64,000 nt of DNA, from assembly GCA_965219085.1 (NCBI GenBank), contig OZ244720.1, forward strand, positions 320,001 through 384,000. The letters run 5' to 3'. This DNA comes from Dehalococcoidia bacterium. GTDB lineage: Bacteria > Chloroflexota > Dehalococcoidia > UBA2979. The notes under the pieces are model-generated. The model was given only the letters and a program-made list of their open reading frames with translations. It had not been told where the DNA came from and did not search any database. Below are positions 52,680 through 62,992 of the stretch, piece after piece (the first letter of the stretch is position 1; each line of letters opens with the position of its first letter). The position numbers and the translations under genes were made by a program.

Positions 52680-53255
52680 CGAGGAGCGCCTGCAGGTAGG
52701 TCGCGAGCAGCCGCCGCGAGCCCTTCGAGACTGCGGCGGGGGCGAGCCCCGGTTGCTCCCGCACGACCTTCCGGTACTTGCGGCGGCGGCTCGTGCACCC
52801 GTCCTCCCCGGCCGCGTCGTCGTCGCGGCCGATCGTGTGCTCGACGAAGCCGTAGCGCTCGATCCAGCGGCTTTCCTCCCCCCGCCCGAACGCGGTCCGG
52901 ATCTGCGGGTTGAACCGGTGAGCAGGTGGAAGAGGGCCGAGGAGTCGCCGCCCGTGAGCGTGCCCGCTGAGGCTGAGCGACCTGCCGCGGGCGGCGCCGA
53001 GCATGCCGGGGGCGATGCCTCGCGCTGGAGGAGCGGCACGCCGTCCACGTCCACGATCTGCGCATGACAGTCCGGGCAGCACGGCATGCGGAAGGGCGCG
53101 CCCGTCTCCTCGTGGCGCACGAGCCCGCGCGCGGTGGTCGCCCGGCGCTGGACGACCGCGGGCTGCCAGCGGCAGGAGAGCTTCGCCCGTTCGCGCGCCA
53201 GGATCGCGAGGAGCGGTCCGGGCCCCGCGGAGACGCTCCACGTCGGTGATCGTTA
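52680..53255 (-). pseudogene. Internally deleted middle fragments, probably of the same ICE-type helicase family
   Basis: Frame-broken pieces ARERAKLS.RWQPAVV, CCPDCHAQIVD.DGVPL, GTL.GG.SS.LFHLL, RWIERYGF, RRRKYRKVVREQPGLAP, GSRRLLATYLQALL; family recognised from recall. Confidence 0.65.
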
Positions 53256-53329
53256 GCTCACCGAGGCGTGCGCGCTGTCGTCACATGGCGGATGCCCTGG
53301 GGGTGCCCAGCGGCGTGCTGGGCCCTGGG

Positions 53330-54259
53330 TCAGCGTGCTCGCGTTGGATGCGCGGGGGATCGGGCCTGACGGAGGATCCACTGGCGGAAGGCCTGGACCT
53401 CGGGCTTGCGCCGGGAGGCTGCGGTGGTGATGAGGCAGCAGCGCTCGGGGGCGTCGGCCTGCTGCTCCAAGACGGGGACAAGCACCCCACTCGCGAGCTC
53501 GTCCGCAATCAGCGCCGGGCGCCCGATCGCGGCCCCGAGCCCCTGGCCGGCGGCGTCGACCACCATGCTGTAGAGGCGGAAGCCCGAGGCCCGCGAGAGG
53601 TCCGGCGCGGGCTCGTGCTGGCAGGCGGACCAGTACGCCCAGTCGGTGTCCCAGCCCAGGTCGTAGAGCAGGGGCCAGCCGTCCAGCTCGACCGCGCCGC
53701 GGGGCTGCCCGCGCGCCGCGAGCAAGGCCGGGCTGCAGACCGGAAGCAGCTGCTCCTCGTAGAGCGTCTCCTCGATCAGCGTGTCGACGCGCCGCGTGGC
53801 CGGGTGCGGCGCCGCGGTCGCGCCGGTGTAGGCGATCCAGGCGTCGAAGTCGCGGCTGCCGGGGTCGACACCGCGGTGGTTGGTCTCCAGCTCGATGGCG
53901 ATGCCGGGATGGGCCGCCTCGAGGGCGGCCAGCCTCGGCAGCAGCCACTTCTCAGCGACCGCCTCCACCGAGATGATGCGGACACGGCGCGGCTGGCGGC
54001 TGTGGCGCTCGGAGACGCCGTGGAACTCGGCGAGGATGCGCTGCACCTCCTGCAGGTAGGCCCGCCCCCGGGCATTGAGGAGCACGCCCCGCTGGCGGCG
54101 TTCGAAGAGCGCGGCGTCGAGATGCTCCTCGAGGGCTCGCACGCGGTAGGCGACAGCCGCCGCGGTGACGCCCAGTTCGGACGCGGCGCGCGCGAAGCTC
54201 CCATGGCGGGCCGCGGCCTCGAAGAAGCGCAGGCTCTCAAGGGGAGGCAGGCGCGACAC
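53330..54259 (-). CDS. LysR-family transcriptional regulator (GcvA-like)
   Basis: LPPLESLRFFEAAARHGSFARAASELGVT..AV..RVRALE HTH; substrate-binding domain WLLPRL, PVCSP, GLGAAI. Confidence 0.95.
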   Translation of the reverse strand: MSRLPPLESLRFFEAAARHGSFARAASELGVTAAAVAYRVRALEEHLDAALFERRQRGVLLNARGRAYLQEVQRILAEFHGVSERHSRQPRRVRIISVEAVAEKWLLPRLAALEAAHPGIAIELETNHRGVDPGSRDFDAWIAYTGATAAPHPATRRVDTLIEETLYEEQLLPVCSPALLAARGQPRGAVELDGWPLLYDLGWDTDWAYWSACQHEPAPDLSRASGFRLYSMVVDAAGQGLGAAIGRPALIADELASGVLVPVLEQQADAPERCCLITTAASRRKPEVQAFRQWILRQARSPAHPTRAR

Positions 54260-54428
54260 GATATCGAGTGTCCATGGCGGATCCCTGGGCGGGTAGTACC
54301 GTGCCCGAAGCAGATTATGCCATAGCGAGCCCTGTGTTAGGGATAGTCTCGCTATTGGTAAGAGAGGATTCTATTATTGCTCGATTGCCTTTGGATTGGA
54401 CAATAACCCCAGTCATTATCCATTCCTG

Positions 54429-54788
54429 GAATGTCATTCGATGAACGAATCGGATGTTCCTCCACCGGCGTCCCGAACTCCTGCTGCCTGCGAGTGCGGG
54501 TGCCGTCGCGCGTGACCCCCGCCGGAGAGCCGCACTCCCTCCTACAGTTCTGAATCGTGCCGGAATGGGCCGACACCACTCATGCTGTACAAGCCATAAT
54601 GACACTAGTTCTTTGATGCCAATAGATTATCTCTAGATCTGCCTTGAATGTAAGGCAATAGCCCCTCTTTTGGCGTATCTATTGTTGAATGTCATTCGAT
54701 GAACGAGTGGGACGTTCCTCACCGGCTCGCGAACTCGTGCCCGCCTCGAGTGGGGCTCCGTTGCGCGTAAGCCGCCGTAGAGCTGCAC
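54429..54788 (+). repeat. Two imperfect ~105-bp direct repeats (54429-54535, 54687-54788) in an AT-richer intergenic region
   Basis: Both start GAATGTCATTCGATGAACGA and continue GTTCCTC..ACCGGC..CGAACTC..GAGTG..GCGCGT..CGCCG.AGAGC.GCAC. Confidence 0.85.
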
Positions 54789-54888
54789 CGACTGCGGTGC
54801 TGCGGGACCCGCTGCGCCGCGCCCTAGGTTTCAGGGGGAACCGTCTGAAGAGCGGCGCCTAGCTGCGACGTGATTGGGGGTCTGGACA

Positions 54889-57840
54889 ATGACGCGACTG
54901 CTGATGACGTCCATCGGCACGCTTCTGGCTCTGCTCGCCGGCGCGCTGCCCGGCCTGCAGGCGCAGAGGGCGCCTTCAATCTCGTTCGAGCTGTCGCCGG
55001 GTCACAGCGCGCCGTGGGACATGCCCCTCACCGCCACCATCACCCTTGAGTACCTGGACTTCGCCAGCTATTCCTCCGTCGTGTTCCATGCCGACATCAC
55101 CGGGCACGAGGACAAGACACGGGAGTGCTTTGGGCAGGACACCGAACGCGACATGACCATCGAGGTAGACGAGAGCGAGGAGGTCTTCACCGTGCGCCTG
55201 TTCACGCCCTGCAACCATTCCCCCGGCGTGGGAGGTTCCTACTACTACACGCTCGATCTCAGCGTGCTCCAGATTGTTCGCGGACCGCCGGAGCAGAGGC
55301 TCGAGTTGGCGACAGTGCGTACCGCGTTCCTGACGACGGAGTACCTCACGCCGGGAGAGGCGGTAGCCCCCCCGGAGGCCGGTGCGCTGCTCTGGATGGA
55401 CCCGGAGCCCCGAACCGTCGACATCCACGTTCATGGGTGGTACCAATTCCGCTTTCGCGGCGACATCCCGGCCTATGACGCCGACCACCTGGGCGTGTAC
55501 TTCAGCCCCAATGACCACGGTCTCCTGTTGGGCGTCGGCAGCGGCTCGCTTCCTCCGGAACGGCCGCCTGAGGAATCCTGTCGCGAGCAAGAGGACCAGC
55601 TGTCGTCGTGGCGCCGCGCGGTCCATCAGTCACTCTGGGTGACCGCCTGTCGAACGGGCGAGGCGGTTATCCAGTTGCGGCACGAAACCAGACCGTTGGG
55701 GCCCCTCTACGAGTACACGCTGTCCATCACCTCCGACGCCACGGGCAATCGTGCTCCGGAGTTCCCCGCCCGCGTCGTCAGGATCGGCATGCCCCAGGAT
55801 GCCGTCGCCGGAACTCCGTTCGGCGAACCGGTCACGGCCTCGGACGCCGACGGCGATCCGTTGACCTATTCGCTCGCCGGAGGAGCCACCGAGTACTTCG
55901 AGATTGATCGGTCCACGGGACAGATGACCCTGGGGAGCGCCCCTCTCGCGAATATCGAAATCGGAGCCACCTATGTCCTGCGCGTCGCCGCCATGGATCC
56001 GGTCAATCGCACCGACACCACCATCGTGCGGATCGCGGTCACGGAGCCGGGGACCCTGCCCCCCGACGGCGACGAAGACGGCGACCCGCCTACAGACGAT
56101 CCCACCCCCGGCCCCGGCCCCGGCGGCGGGCCCGGGCCCACGGGCGGCGGTGGCGGTCCCTCCGGCCCCTCGCCCAGCGAGGCGGACTTCGAGTGGACGG
56201 TGAAGCACGACATCGAGGCGCTCGACGCCGCCAACGCCGCCGCCACCGGCGTCTGGTCCGACGGTGAGACGCTGTGGGTGGCCAACAACCCCGACGGCGC
56301 CGGCGACGGCGTCTACGCCTACGACCTCGCGACCGGTGAACGCATCAAGGAGCGTGAGTTCGAGCTCGACGAGAAGAACCGCGCCCCGCGCGGCGTCTGG
56401 TCCGACCGCATCACGATGTGGATCTCGGACAGCGGCCAGAACCGCCTTTTCGCCCACGACCTCGCCAGCGGCGAGCGCCTCCCCGAACGCGACCTCGCGC
56501 TCGACAGGCGCAACAGCGCCTCGCGCGGCATCTGGTCCGACGGCGAGACGATGTGGGTGCTCGATGGCGGCAGGAGAGACGCCCTCTTCGCCTACGACCT
56601 CGCCAGCGGCCAGTTGCTCGCCGAGTGCGCCCTCGACAGCGCCAACGGCGACCCCCGCGGCCTCTGGTCGGACGGCGTCACCATCTGGGTCTCCGACCAC
56701 GGCGCCAAGCGCCTCTTCGCCTACCGGCTGCCCCTCCTCCGGGACGAAGCGGAGGACTCGGACGTGGAGGACGCCGATGCGGACGAGAAGGAGCTCGAGC
56801 GCGTCCGCGACGAGGAGTTCGGAGAGTCCAGGGAACTGTCGAAGGCCAGCAACAACAGCCCGCGCGGCATCTGGTCCGACGGCGACGTGATGTACGTGGC
56901 GGACGCGAGCGACGACAAGGTCTACAGCTACAACATGCCCGACGCGATCGACGCGCGCCTCGCCTCGCTCTCCCTCAGCGGCGTCGACATCGGCGAGTTC
57001 CTGCCTGGCCGGGAGGAGTACGAGGGCGTCGCGGGTGAGGGCGTGACGGAAACGACGGTCGAGGCCGAAGCGATGCAACGCAGTACAACTAGTGTCGTCA
57101 TCGACCCGCCCGACGCCGACGAGGAGGCCGAAGGCCACCAGGTGGCGCTGGAGGAAGTCGAGGCGATCACCGTCACCGTTATTTCGGCCGGCGGCAGCCG
57201 CGAGCTCGTCTACCGGGTGCGCTTCCCCGAGACGGGGTGGGACCCGGCCCGCGATCCCTGGCCACACTGCCTGCGCGGCGCCCTCTCCGAGGGCTTCAGC
57301 CTCGTCGTCTTCGAGGGGGGCAGCGTCGAGGAGCTGATCACCTGCGCGGAGAGCCGGGACATCGTGGCCTTCTACGCCCTCCATGAGGGCGTCTACGTCT
57401 CCTACATCCTCGGCGCGCCGGGCTTCGTCAACCGCGCGTTCGGGGAGCTCTTCCCCGACGGGCTCCCGGTCATGGCGCCGCTGGTCGCCGGCAGCAACGG
57501 ACCGCCCTCGGGAGACCCGTTCGGAGATGACCCTGACGACGCTGGGCAGCCGGGGCCGGCGTGCCTGCGCGGCGAGATCGCCCCCGGTTTCAGCCTCGTC
57601 GTCTCCGCGGGCGGCAGTGTCGAGGACCTCGTCGCCTGCGCGGAGAGCCGGCACGTCGCGGCCCTCTACGCCTTGCATGACGGCGTCTGGATCTCCTACA
57701 CCCTCGCAGCGCAGGAGTCCGCGAACCGGCCCTTCCGCGAGCTGTACGCCGACGGCCTGCCCTCCATCACGCCACTGGTCGCCAGGAGCGAGGGGCCGCC
57801 CGCAGGTGGCGCGGACTGGGACGGCTCGGCAAGCAATTGA
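54889..57840 (+). CDS. Secreted protein F (~980 aa): unique N-terminal region, one cadherin-like domain, shared C-terminal module
   Basis: Signal MTRLLMTSIGTLLALLAGALPGLQA/Q; NRAPEF..VTASDADGDPLTYSL; GGGGGPSGPSPSEADFEWTVKHDIE onward highly similar to B, D2 and E2. Confidence 0.9.
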   Translation: MTRLLMTSIGTLLALLAGALPGLQAQRAPSISFELSPGHSAPWDMPLTATITLEYLDFASYSSVVFHADITGHEDKTRECFGQDTERDMTIEVDESEEVFTVRLFTPCNHSPGVGGSYYYTLDLSVLQIVRGPPEQRLELATVRTAFLTTEYLTPGEAVAPPEAGALLWMDPEPRTVDIHVHGWYQFRFRGDIPAYDADHLGVYFSPNDHGLLLGVGSGSLPPERPPEESCREQEDQLSSWRRAVHQSLWVTACRTGEAVIQLRHETRPLGPLYEYTLSITSDATGNRAPEFPARVVRIGMPQDAVAGTPFGEPVTASDADGDPLTYSLAGGATEYFEIDRSTGQMTLGSAPLANIEIGATYVLRVAAMDPVNRTDTTIVRIAVTEPGTLPPDGDEDGDPPTDDPTPGPGPGGGPGPTGGGGGPSGPSPSEADFEWTVKHDIEALDAANAAATGVWSDGETLWVANNPDGAGDGVYAYDLATGERIKEREFELDEKNRAPRGVWSDRITMWISDSGQNRLFAHDLASGERLPERDLALDRRNSASRGIWSDGETMWVLDGGRRDALFAYDLASGQLLAECALDSANGDPRGLWSDGVTIWVSDHGAKRLFAYRLPLLRDEAEDSDVEDADADEKELERVRDEEFGESRELSKASNNSPRGIWSDGDVMYVADASDDKVYSYNMPDAIDARLASLSLSGVDIGEFLPGREEYEGVAGEGVTETTVEAEAMQRSTTSVVIDPPDADEEAEGHQVALEEVEAITVTVISAGGSRELVYRVRFPETGWDPARDPWPHCLRGALSEGFSLVVFEGGSVEELITCAESRDIVAFYALHEGVYVSYILGAPGFVNRAFGELFPDGLPVMAPLVAGSNGPPSGDPFGDDPDDAGQPGPACLRGEIAPGFSLVVSAGGSVEDLVACAESRHVAALYALHDGVWISYTLAAQESANRPFRELYADGLPSITPLVARSEGPPAGGADWDGSASN

Positions 57841-58299
57841 GCGTCTGATCCGGGCTGGCACAGGTCTCAGATCGAGATCGCCCGGCGGAAAGTTCGCAGT
57901 ACGGTGTGTAGCCTCGCCATTTCCAGCATGACGCACGGTACTGCAGGCTGATTCCGCGACTGCGCACCGAACACGAGCCCGCCGACCTCCCTGTCGATCT
58001 CGCGCTGAAACAGGGAGCCGGGGACAGGACCGGTGGCGCGTCTAGGAGCAGTTGGCGCTGCTCGACCTCGTCGTCGCAGAGTGGCTGCTGGAGGGCGTCA
58101 GTGACGCACGCAGACTTCAACGAAGCAGCGTGGATCGAGCGCCGGCCGCCGCCCTCGAACACTGTGGCGGCGGAGGCGCGACTGTCTTACTTACTCCCCG
58201 CTCCCGCCTGACATGCCCCGGTCCGGTCCAATCGACGAGTATTGGTCAGTTCTCCATCGCCGATACCGCGACCTCGCGGCGCGGGCGAAACACGATCCG

Positions 58300-58850
58300 A
58301 ACGCCTCGCTCCCAGTTCAATGAGTCGCACTTGTGGGTTCGCACGGATCCCGCCGAAGCGAGTGCCATCCTGCGGGAGCATCCTCTTCTGAAGCTGGCGC
58401 TGGCGGGCTCGGGCGAGAACAAAGGGTATGACTCAGGATTCTCAGCAGATCGTTTCCCTCAGACCTGAAGTCGCTCGTGTCGTCTCTCGCAAAGCTCTCC
58501 GTCAAGGAAGGAGGCGCAGAGGCTGCTCGGCGCCTGCACCGCTACCTGACCGCCCGGGGCGAATGGGACCATCCTGGCAAACGAGACTACGGTCCTTCAC
58601 GGATTGGTCGTGAGAGAGCGCTCCAATCTTGACGCAGGTGCCTGCCCGGCCTCGTTATGCGGACGCCAGAGAGGAGTTCGGCCTGCCCGATGAACCTGAG
58701 CCGCTGTCGAAGACGAGCTTCCCAGACGCGGCCGTACTCGTGCGCCGCCTCGACTACGGTCCCGGCGTCGTGCCACATTCCCCAGAGAGTGCAACGCTCG
58801 CTTCCATGTCCTGTCGACGCTTGGCGAGGCGCACTGCCGAAGCGTGGTAG
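58300..58850 (+). pseudogene. Degenerate fragments of an unknown gene
   Basis: Frame-broken coding-like stretches (SLAKLSVKEGGAEAARRLHRYLTA; FGLPDEPEP..PDAAVLVRRLDYGPGV). Confidence 0.3.
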
Positions 58851-58856
58851 TCACGG

Positions 58857-59800
58857 TCAGCCGCAGCGACGGCCTCTGCGGAGCGGCGCCTCGGGCCGGA
58901 GAGTTGCGGTCCCTCCGCGTAGAACCGCGCGGATCCTCGCCGCCAGCTCCGTGGGGGCGAAGGGCTTGACGACGTAGTCGGCAGCTCCCCTGTCGATGGC
59001 CCTGTCGATGACCTCCTCCTGGCGGTAGGCGGACAGGAAGATGACGGGCGCGTCGACTGTCTCCCGGATGGTCTCCATCAGCTCGATGCCGTCGGTGCCG
59101 GGCAACATCAGGTCCAGCAGGACGAGCTGGGGCTCGTACTCCCCGGCAACGCGGAGAGCCTCTTCCGGGTCGCCGGTGACAATGGGCGCGTAGCCCGCTT
59201 GGAGAGGGCGTCGCGCACACGCCTGAGGCGTCTGCGGGTCGTCGCCCACCATGAGAATGCGCGCCAGCTCCTCCGCCCTGCCCCGCGAGTGGGCGTCCGG
59301 CCGCCCGGGGGCGGCGACGCCTCTTCGGCCGCTGGGATGGTGAAGGTGAACCGCGCTCCCAGGTCGCGCCCCTCGCTCTCGGCCCAGATGCGACCTCCGT
59401 GGGCCTCCACGATGCCCCTGCCGATGGCCAGATCCAAGCCCGAGCCCGGGAGGTCGCCCTCCCGGTTCCCTCCTTCGGGACGGCTGTACTTCCCGAACAG
59501 GTGCGGGAGCCGATCGGCCGCAATACTCCTGCCCTCGTCGGCAACGGAGAAGGCGACGTGGATCTCCTTCTCGACGGCAGTCAGCCGGATGGAAGAAGAC
59601 GGCGGCGCGTGTCTGGCCGCGTTGGAGAGGAGGTTGCTCAGCACCTGAACGACGCGTCGCCGGTCCGCCATGACCGGAGGCAGGTCTTGCGGGATGTCGA
59701 TGTGGAGGTTCTCCCTGCCCACCGCGTCCAGGAACGCGTTCCTAGCCTCATGGACGAGGCGGCTGTTGCGATCGCTCACGATCGAGGCCAAGTGATCGGA
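58857..59800 (-). pseudogene. Truncated, frameshifted hybrid sensor kinase / response-regulator gene
   Basis: HATPase QVLSNLLSNA, V.DEG, GSGLDLAI..GIVEAHGGRIW; receiver LVLLDLMLPG.DG, PVIFLSA, DYVVKPF; no N-terminus. Confidence 0.8.
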
Positions 59801-59863
59801 ACAGGTAGGCAAATGAGCCCCTATACTCCCACGCCGAAGTACCTGCCTGACGAAGGAGCTCCC

Positions 59864-60307
59864 ATGAGCCTGCTCGATCGCATCCTCCGCCCGTCCCGCA
59901 CCGCCTCGGCGCACTGCGATGGCCCCTGCGGCGTCTACGATCCCGCCTCGGCGCGCATCGCCGCCGAAGCTGTTCTCTCAATGGCCAGGAAGCTGGTCGC
60001 GACCGCAGGCCACGACCTCGCCACCGAGCACCCCCGCAGCCGCTTCATCGCCATCAAGGAAGAGCAGGCCCAGGTCGCCAAGCAGGAACTGCTCATCCTC
60101 TGGACCGACTACTTCAATCCCTCCCACCTCGAAGCCAACCCCGACCTCCATACCATGTTCTGGAACGCGGCCAAGCTCTGCTCGCAGAACAAGGTCGAGG
60201 TGAACGTCGAAGCCGCCCAGGCTCTCGTCGATGCCGTCGCCGGCATCCACAACATCTTCTGGGCCTCCAAGAACCGCGATGACGTTCCCTTCTACACGGC
60301 CGGCTAG
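59864..60307 (+). CDS. sodN: Nickel superoxide dismutase
   Basis: Leader followed by Ni-hook SA/HCDGPCGVYDP; LWTDYF; RBS AAGGAG. Confidence 0.97.
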   Translation: MSLLDRILRPSRTASAHCDGPCGVYDPASARIAAEAVLSMARKLVATAGHDLATEHPRSRFIAIKEEQAQVAKQELLILWTDYFNPSHLEANPDLHTMFWNAAKLCSQNKVEVNVEAAQALVDAVAGIHNIFWASKNRDDVPFYTAG

Positions 60308-60704
60308 CCGCAACACGCTGGTCCGTAGCGCCTTCGTTCTCGCCGCTGCGGGCGCGGCGTTCGTCGCGGTCGTCCTCTGGCGTCTGTCTCGCTACGCCAT
60401 TACGGGCGAGAGCATGACCCCGACGCTCGGCCCCGGCGACTACGTCGTCGTCGATACCCGCGCCTACATCTGCCGGGCGCCCTCCCCCCGCGAGCTCGTG
60501 CTCGCCCGCGATCCACGTGAGCCATCGCGCGTGATCGCCAAGCGTGTCGCTGGCCCGGACGGAGCGGATGGCGTGGTGCTCCTGGGGGACAACCGCGTTC
60601 AGAGCACCGATAGTCGCACCTTCGGCTCCGTCTCCCGTGGCGACCTCGCCGGCCGCGTCGTCTGGTGTTATTGGCCTCCTGCGCGCTTCGGCCCCGTCCG
60701 CTAG
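60279..60704 (+). CDS. sodX: Ni-SOD maturation protease (S26 family); start uncertain
   Basis: GESMTPTL, IAKRV, GDNR..STDSR.FG; immediately downstream of sodN. Confidence 0.85.
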   Translation: MTFPSTRPASRNTLVRSAFVLAAAGAAFVAVVLWRLSRYAITGESMTPTLGPGDYVVVDTRAYICRAPSPRELVLARDPREPSRVIAKRVAGPDGADGVVLLGDNRVQSTDSRTFGSVSRGDLAGRVVWCYWPPARFGPVR

Positions 60705-60949
60705 ACCGTATCGAGTAATCGACTCCCGGTTCGCGAACTCGCGGGTTCGGACGCGAAGGCTGTACAGCAAGCCAGGGCGATGACGCGGCTCGCGCGGCGC
60801 CTCAATCGCGAGGCGACGGGTCCGGTGGGTGGCCCGGTGCGAGGCGAGGCCCAGGGGCTTCGCGCTACGGCGGCAGCTCGATGCCAAGGGCGCAGCGGCG
60901 GATGATCGCCCCGGAGGCCAGGCTGGCCCTCTCGCTCACCGACAAGGTC

Positions 60950-61500
60950 GCCGTGCCGGGCAGGCGCACCGAACGGTTCGCTGCGGGACAGTTCGCCGCC
61001 GCATTCCAGGGATTCGAACCAGCAGGCGTCCAGGCGGCTCGCGATCCTGAACGCGGCCCCCACGCTGAACGTGCTGAGGGCGCTGCCGAGCAACCGTTTC
61101 GAAGCTCTCAGCGGAGACCGGGTTGGGACAGTACTCCATCTGGATCAACCGGCAGTGGCGGATCTGCTTCGCTTGGTCCGGCGGCCCGGGGCCGACCGAC
61201 GTCGAGATCGTCGACTACCATCCGTGACGGAAGCGCTACGCAGGAGGGCATCGGCTTGTTCAGGCGGGCGGTTCATCCCGGCGAGGTCCTGAGAGAGGAA
61301 CTGGAGTTCGGCGTGAGTCCGACGGCGTCCGCCCGCCAAATCAACGTACCGCCTAACCGGGTCAGCCAGATCATCACCGGCAAGCGCTCGGTGACGGGCG
61401 ATACCGCACTGCGGTTCGGGCGCTGATTCGGCGTTGACCCCCAGTTCTGGATGAACCTCCAGGCCCAGTTCGACCTCGCCGCGGCCGACGGGTACGCCGA
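60950..61500 (+). pseudogene. higBA: Degenerate HigB/HigA (RelE-type toxin, HTH antitoxin) pair
   Basis: LPSNRFEALSGDR.GQYSI.IN.QWRICF...VEIVDYH with frameshifts; HPGEVLREEL...NRVSQII.GKRSVTGDTALRFGR*FGVDPQFWMNLQ with an internal stop. Confidence 0.85.
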
Positions 61501-61779
61501 GCGCCATGTGACGCTTTTGCGGCACTCGAGCGCATCCGTCCAGAGTCAGCGTATCTCGCGGACCCGGTGTTTGGCGGGCTCGGCGGACGTGCGATCGCGG
61601 ATCGTATCCGCGGGGCGGCCCGGGCCGCGGGCCTCGATGGCGACTTCTCGGGGCACTCCCCGCGGATCGCATGGCGCGCGACCTCGCCGCGTCCGGCGCC
61701 AACACCACCGCGCTGATGCTGGCCGGATGCTGGCGTTCCGAGCGCATGCCTGCCCTGCATGCCCGCGGCGAGCTCGCCG

Positions 61780-61985
61780 GCAGGTACCAAGAGGTCATTC
61801 GACGCTACATCTCGCAAGCCAACGGGCACGCACCCTGTCAACTGGTTGGACCCGAGCGACAGCGATATCAGGTTGGAGAGGTCGCCCAGCTCGGCAGGGA
61901 TCGGCCGCGTCAACTCGTTGCGCGAGAGGGCCAGCCATTTCAGGTTGGTGAGGTTGCCCAGCTCGGCCGGGATCGGCCCGTCAGC
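61780..61985 (-). pseudogene. Fragment of a plant-type leucine-rich-repeat protein
   Basis: LTGPIPAELGNLTNLKWLALSRNELT.PIPAELGDLSNLISLSLGSNQLTGCVP. Confidence 0.75.
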
Positions 61986-62330
61986 TGGTTGGCGGCGCGC
62001 GCTCGACCTCGTAGCCGCGCAGCGTCTCGGGCACCGTCACCGGCGCCGACGGCTGGGCCGCGGCGAGCAGACGCTGCACGGCCAGTTCGTCGAAGGTTCC
62101 GCTGGCGAGTGCCTGCTCCAACACCTCGCGCACCCGCTCATCGCCGTGCTCGTCCACGCTGCGCAGCAGCCGCGCGAAGGTGCGCGCCCTCTCCTGGGCG
62201 CCCTGCTCGCGTTCCAGCCGCGTCCAGAGCAGCCCGAAGGGCTCGCCCAGCGCCGCGGCCAGCTCAGCGCCGCCTGCCGCACCGCCTGCGGCTTGCATGC
62301 CAGCTCGGCGAGGTAGTGGCGGTATGCGGG
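61986..62330 (-). mobile_element. IS21-family IstA C-terminal fragment
   Basis: YRHYLAELACKPQAVRQA...LGEPF..LW..L...ARTFARLL; recognised from recall. Confidence 0.55.
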
Positions 62331-62922
62331 TGGCCACCTGGATGGCCCGGCCACCCAGGCGCGATTCCGCGACCCCACCGCCCTCGCCTTCGATCATGAG
62401 GGCAACCTGCTCATCGTCGAGCGGGGCAACAGCCGTATCCGCATGCTCTCTCCCGACGGCAATGTCTCGACGGTTGCGGGCGCGACTCCGCTGCCGCGAG
62501 AGGGGCGGTCGCAGGGGAACTACGGGAGCAGCGACGGCTCCGCTCGCAGAGCTCTCTTCTTCTCGCCCGACGGAATGGCGATCGATCACGAGGGCAACAT
62601 CTTCTTCACGGAATACGGGGGCATTCGCATGATCGACGAAGGGCGCTACGTCTCGACCGTGCTTCGGACCCCCCATATCCGACTTGGGGGCGAACTCTCG
62701 CTCTCCATTGATGGGATCACCGTGGGTGCCGACCGGGCGCTGCACGTCGCTGACCCATACTACGGCAGGGTCGTGCGGGTCACCCGCGATGGCATGCTGG
62801 CCATCGTCGCGGATGGACTGTCGAGCCCCAGGCGGATCCTTGCGCTTCCCGACGGGGCCCTTCTCGTCACGGATAGCGGCGACAATGTCATCCGGAAGAT
62901 CACGTTTGACGACGAGCGCTAG
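62325..62922 (+). pseudogene. 5'-truncated NHL-repeat (beta-propeller) protein
   Basis: DGPATQARFRDPTALAFDHEGNLLIVERGNSRIRMLSPDGNVSTVAG; SPDGMAIDHEGNIFFTE; VTDSGDNVIRKI. Confidence 0.75.
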
Positions 62923-62992
62923 CGCAGCACACAGAAACGTAGCTGCGGCTCGTCGAGGTGGTCAGTCCAGCTCACTGAGGTCCGGCTCAGCG

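Noticed and set aside
59399-59863. N-terminal extension of the sodN ORF
   Set aside because: Antisense to the kinase relic; the RBS and leader place the start at 59864.
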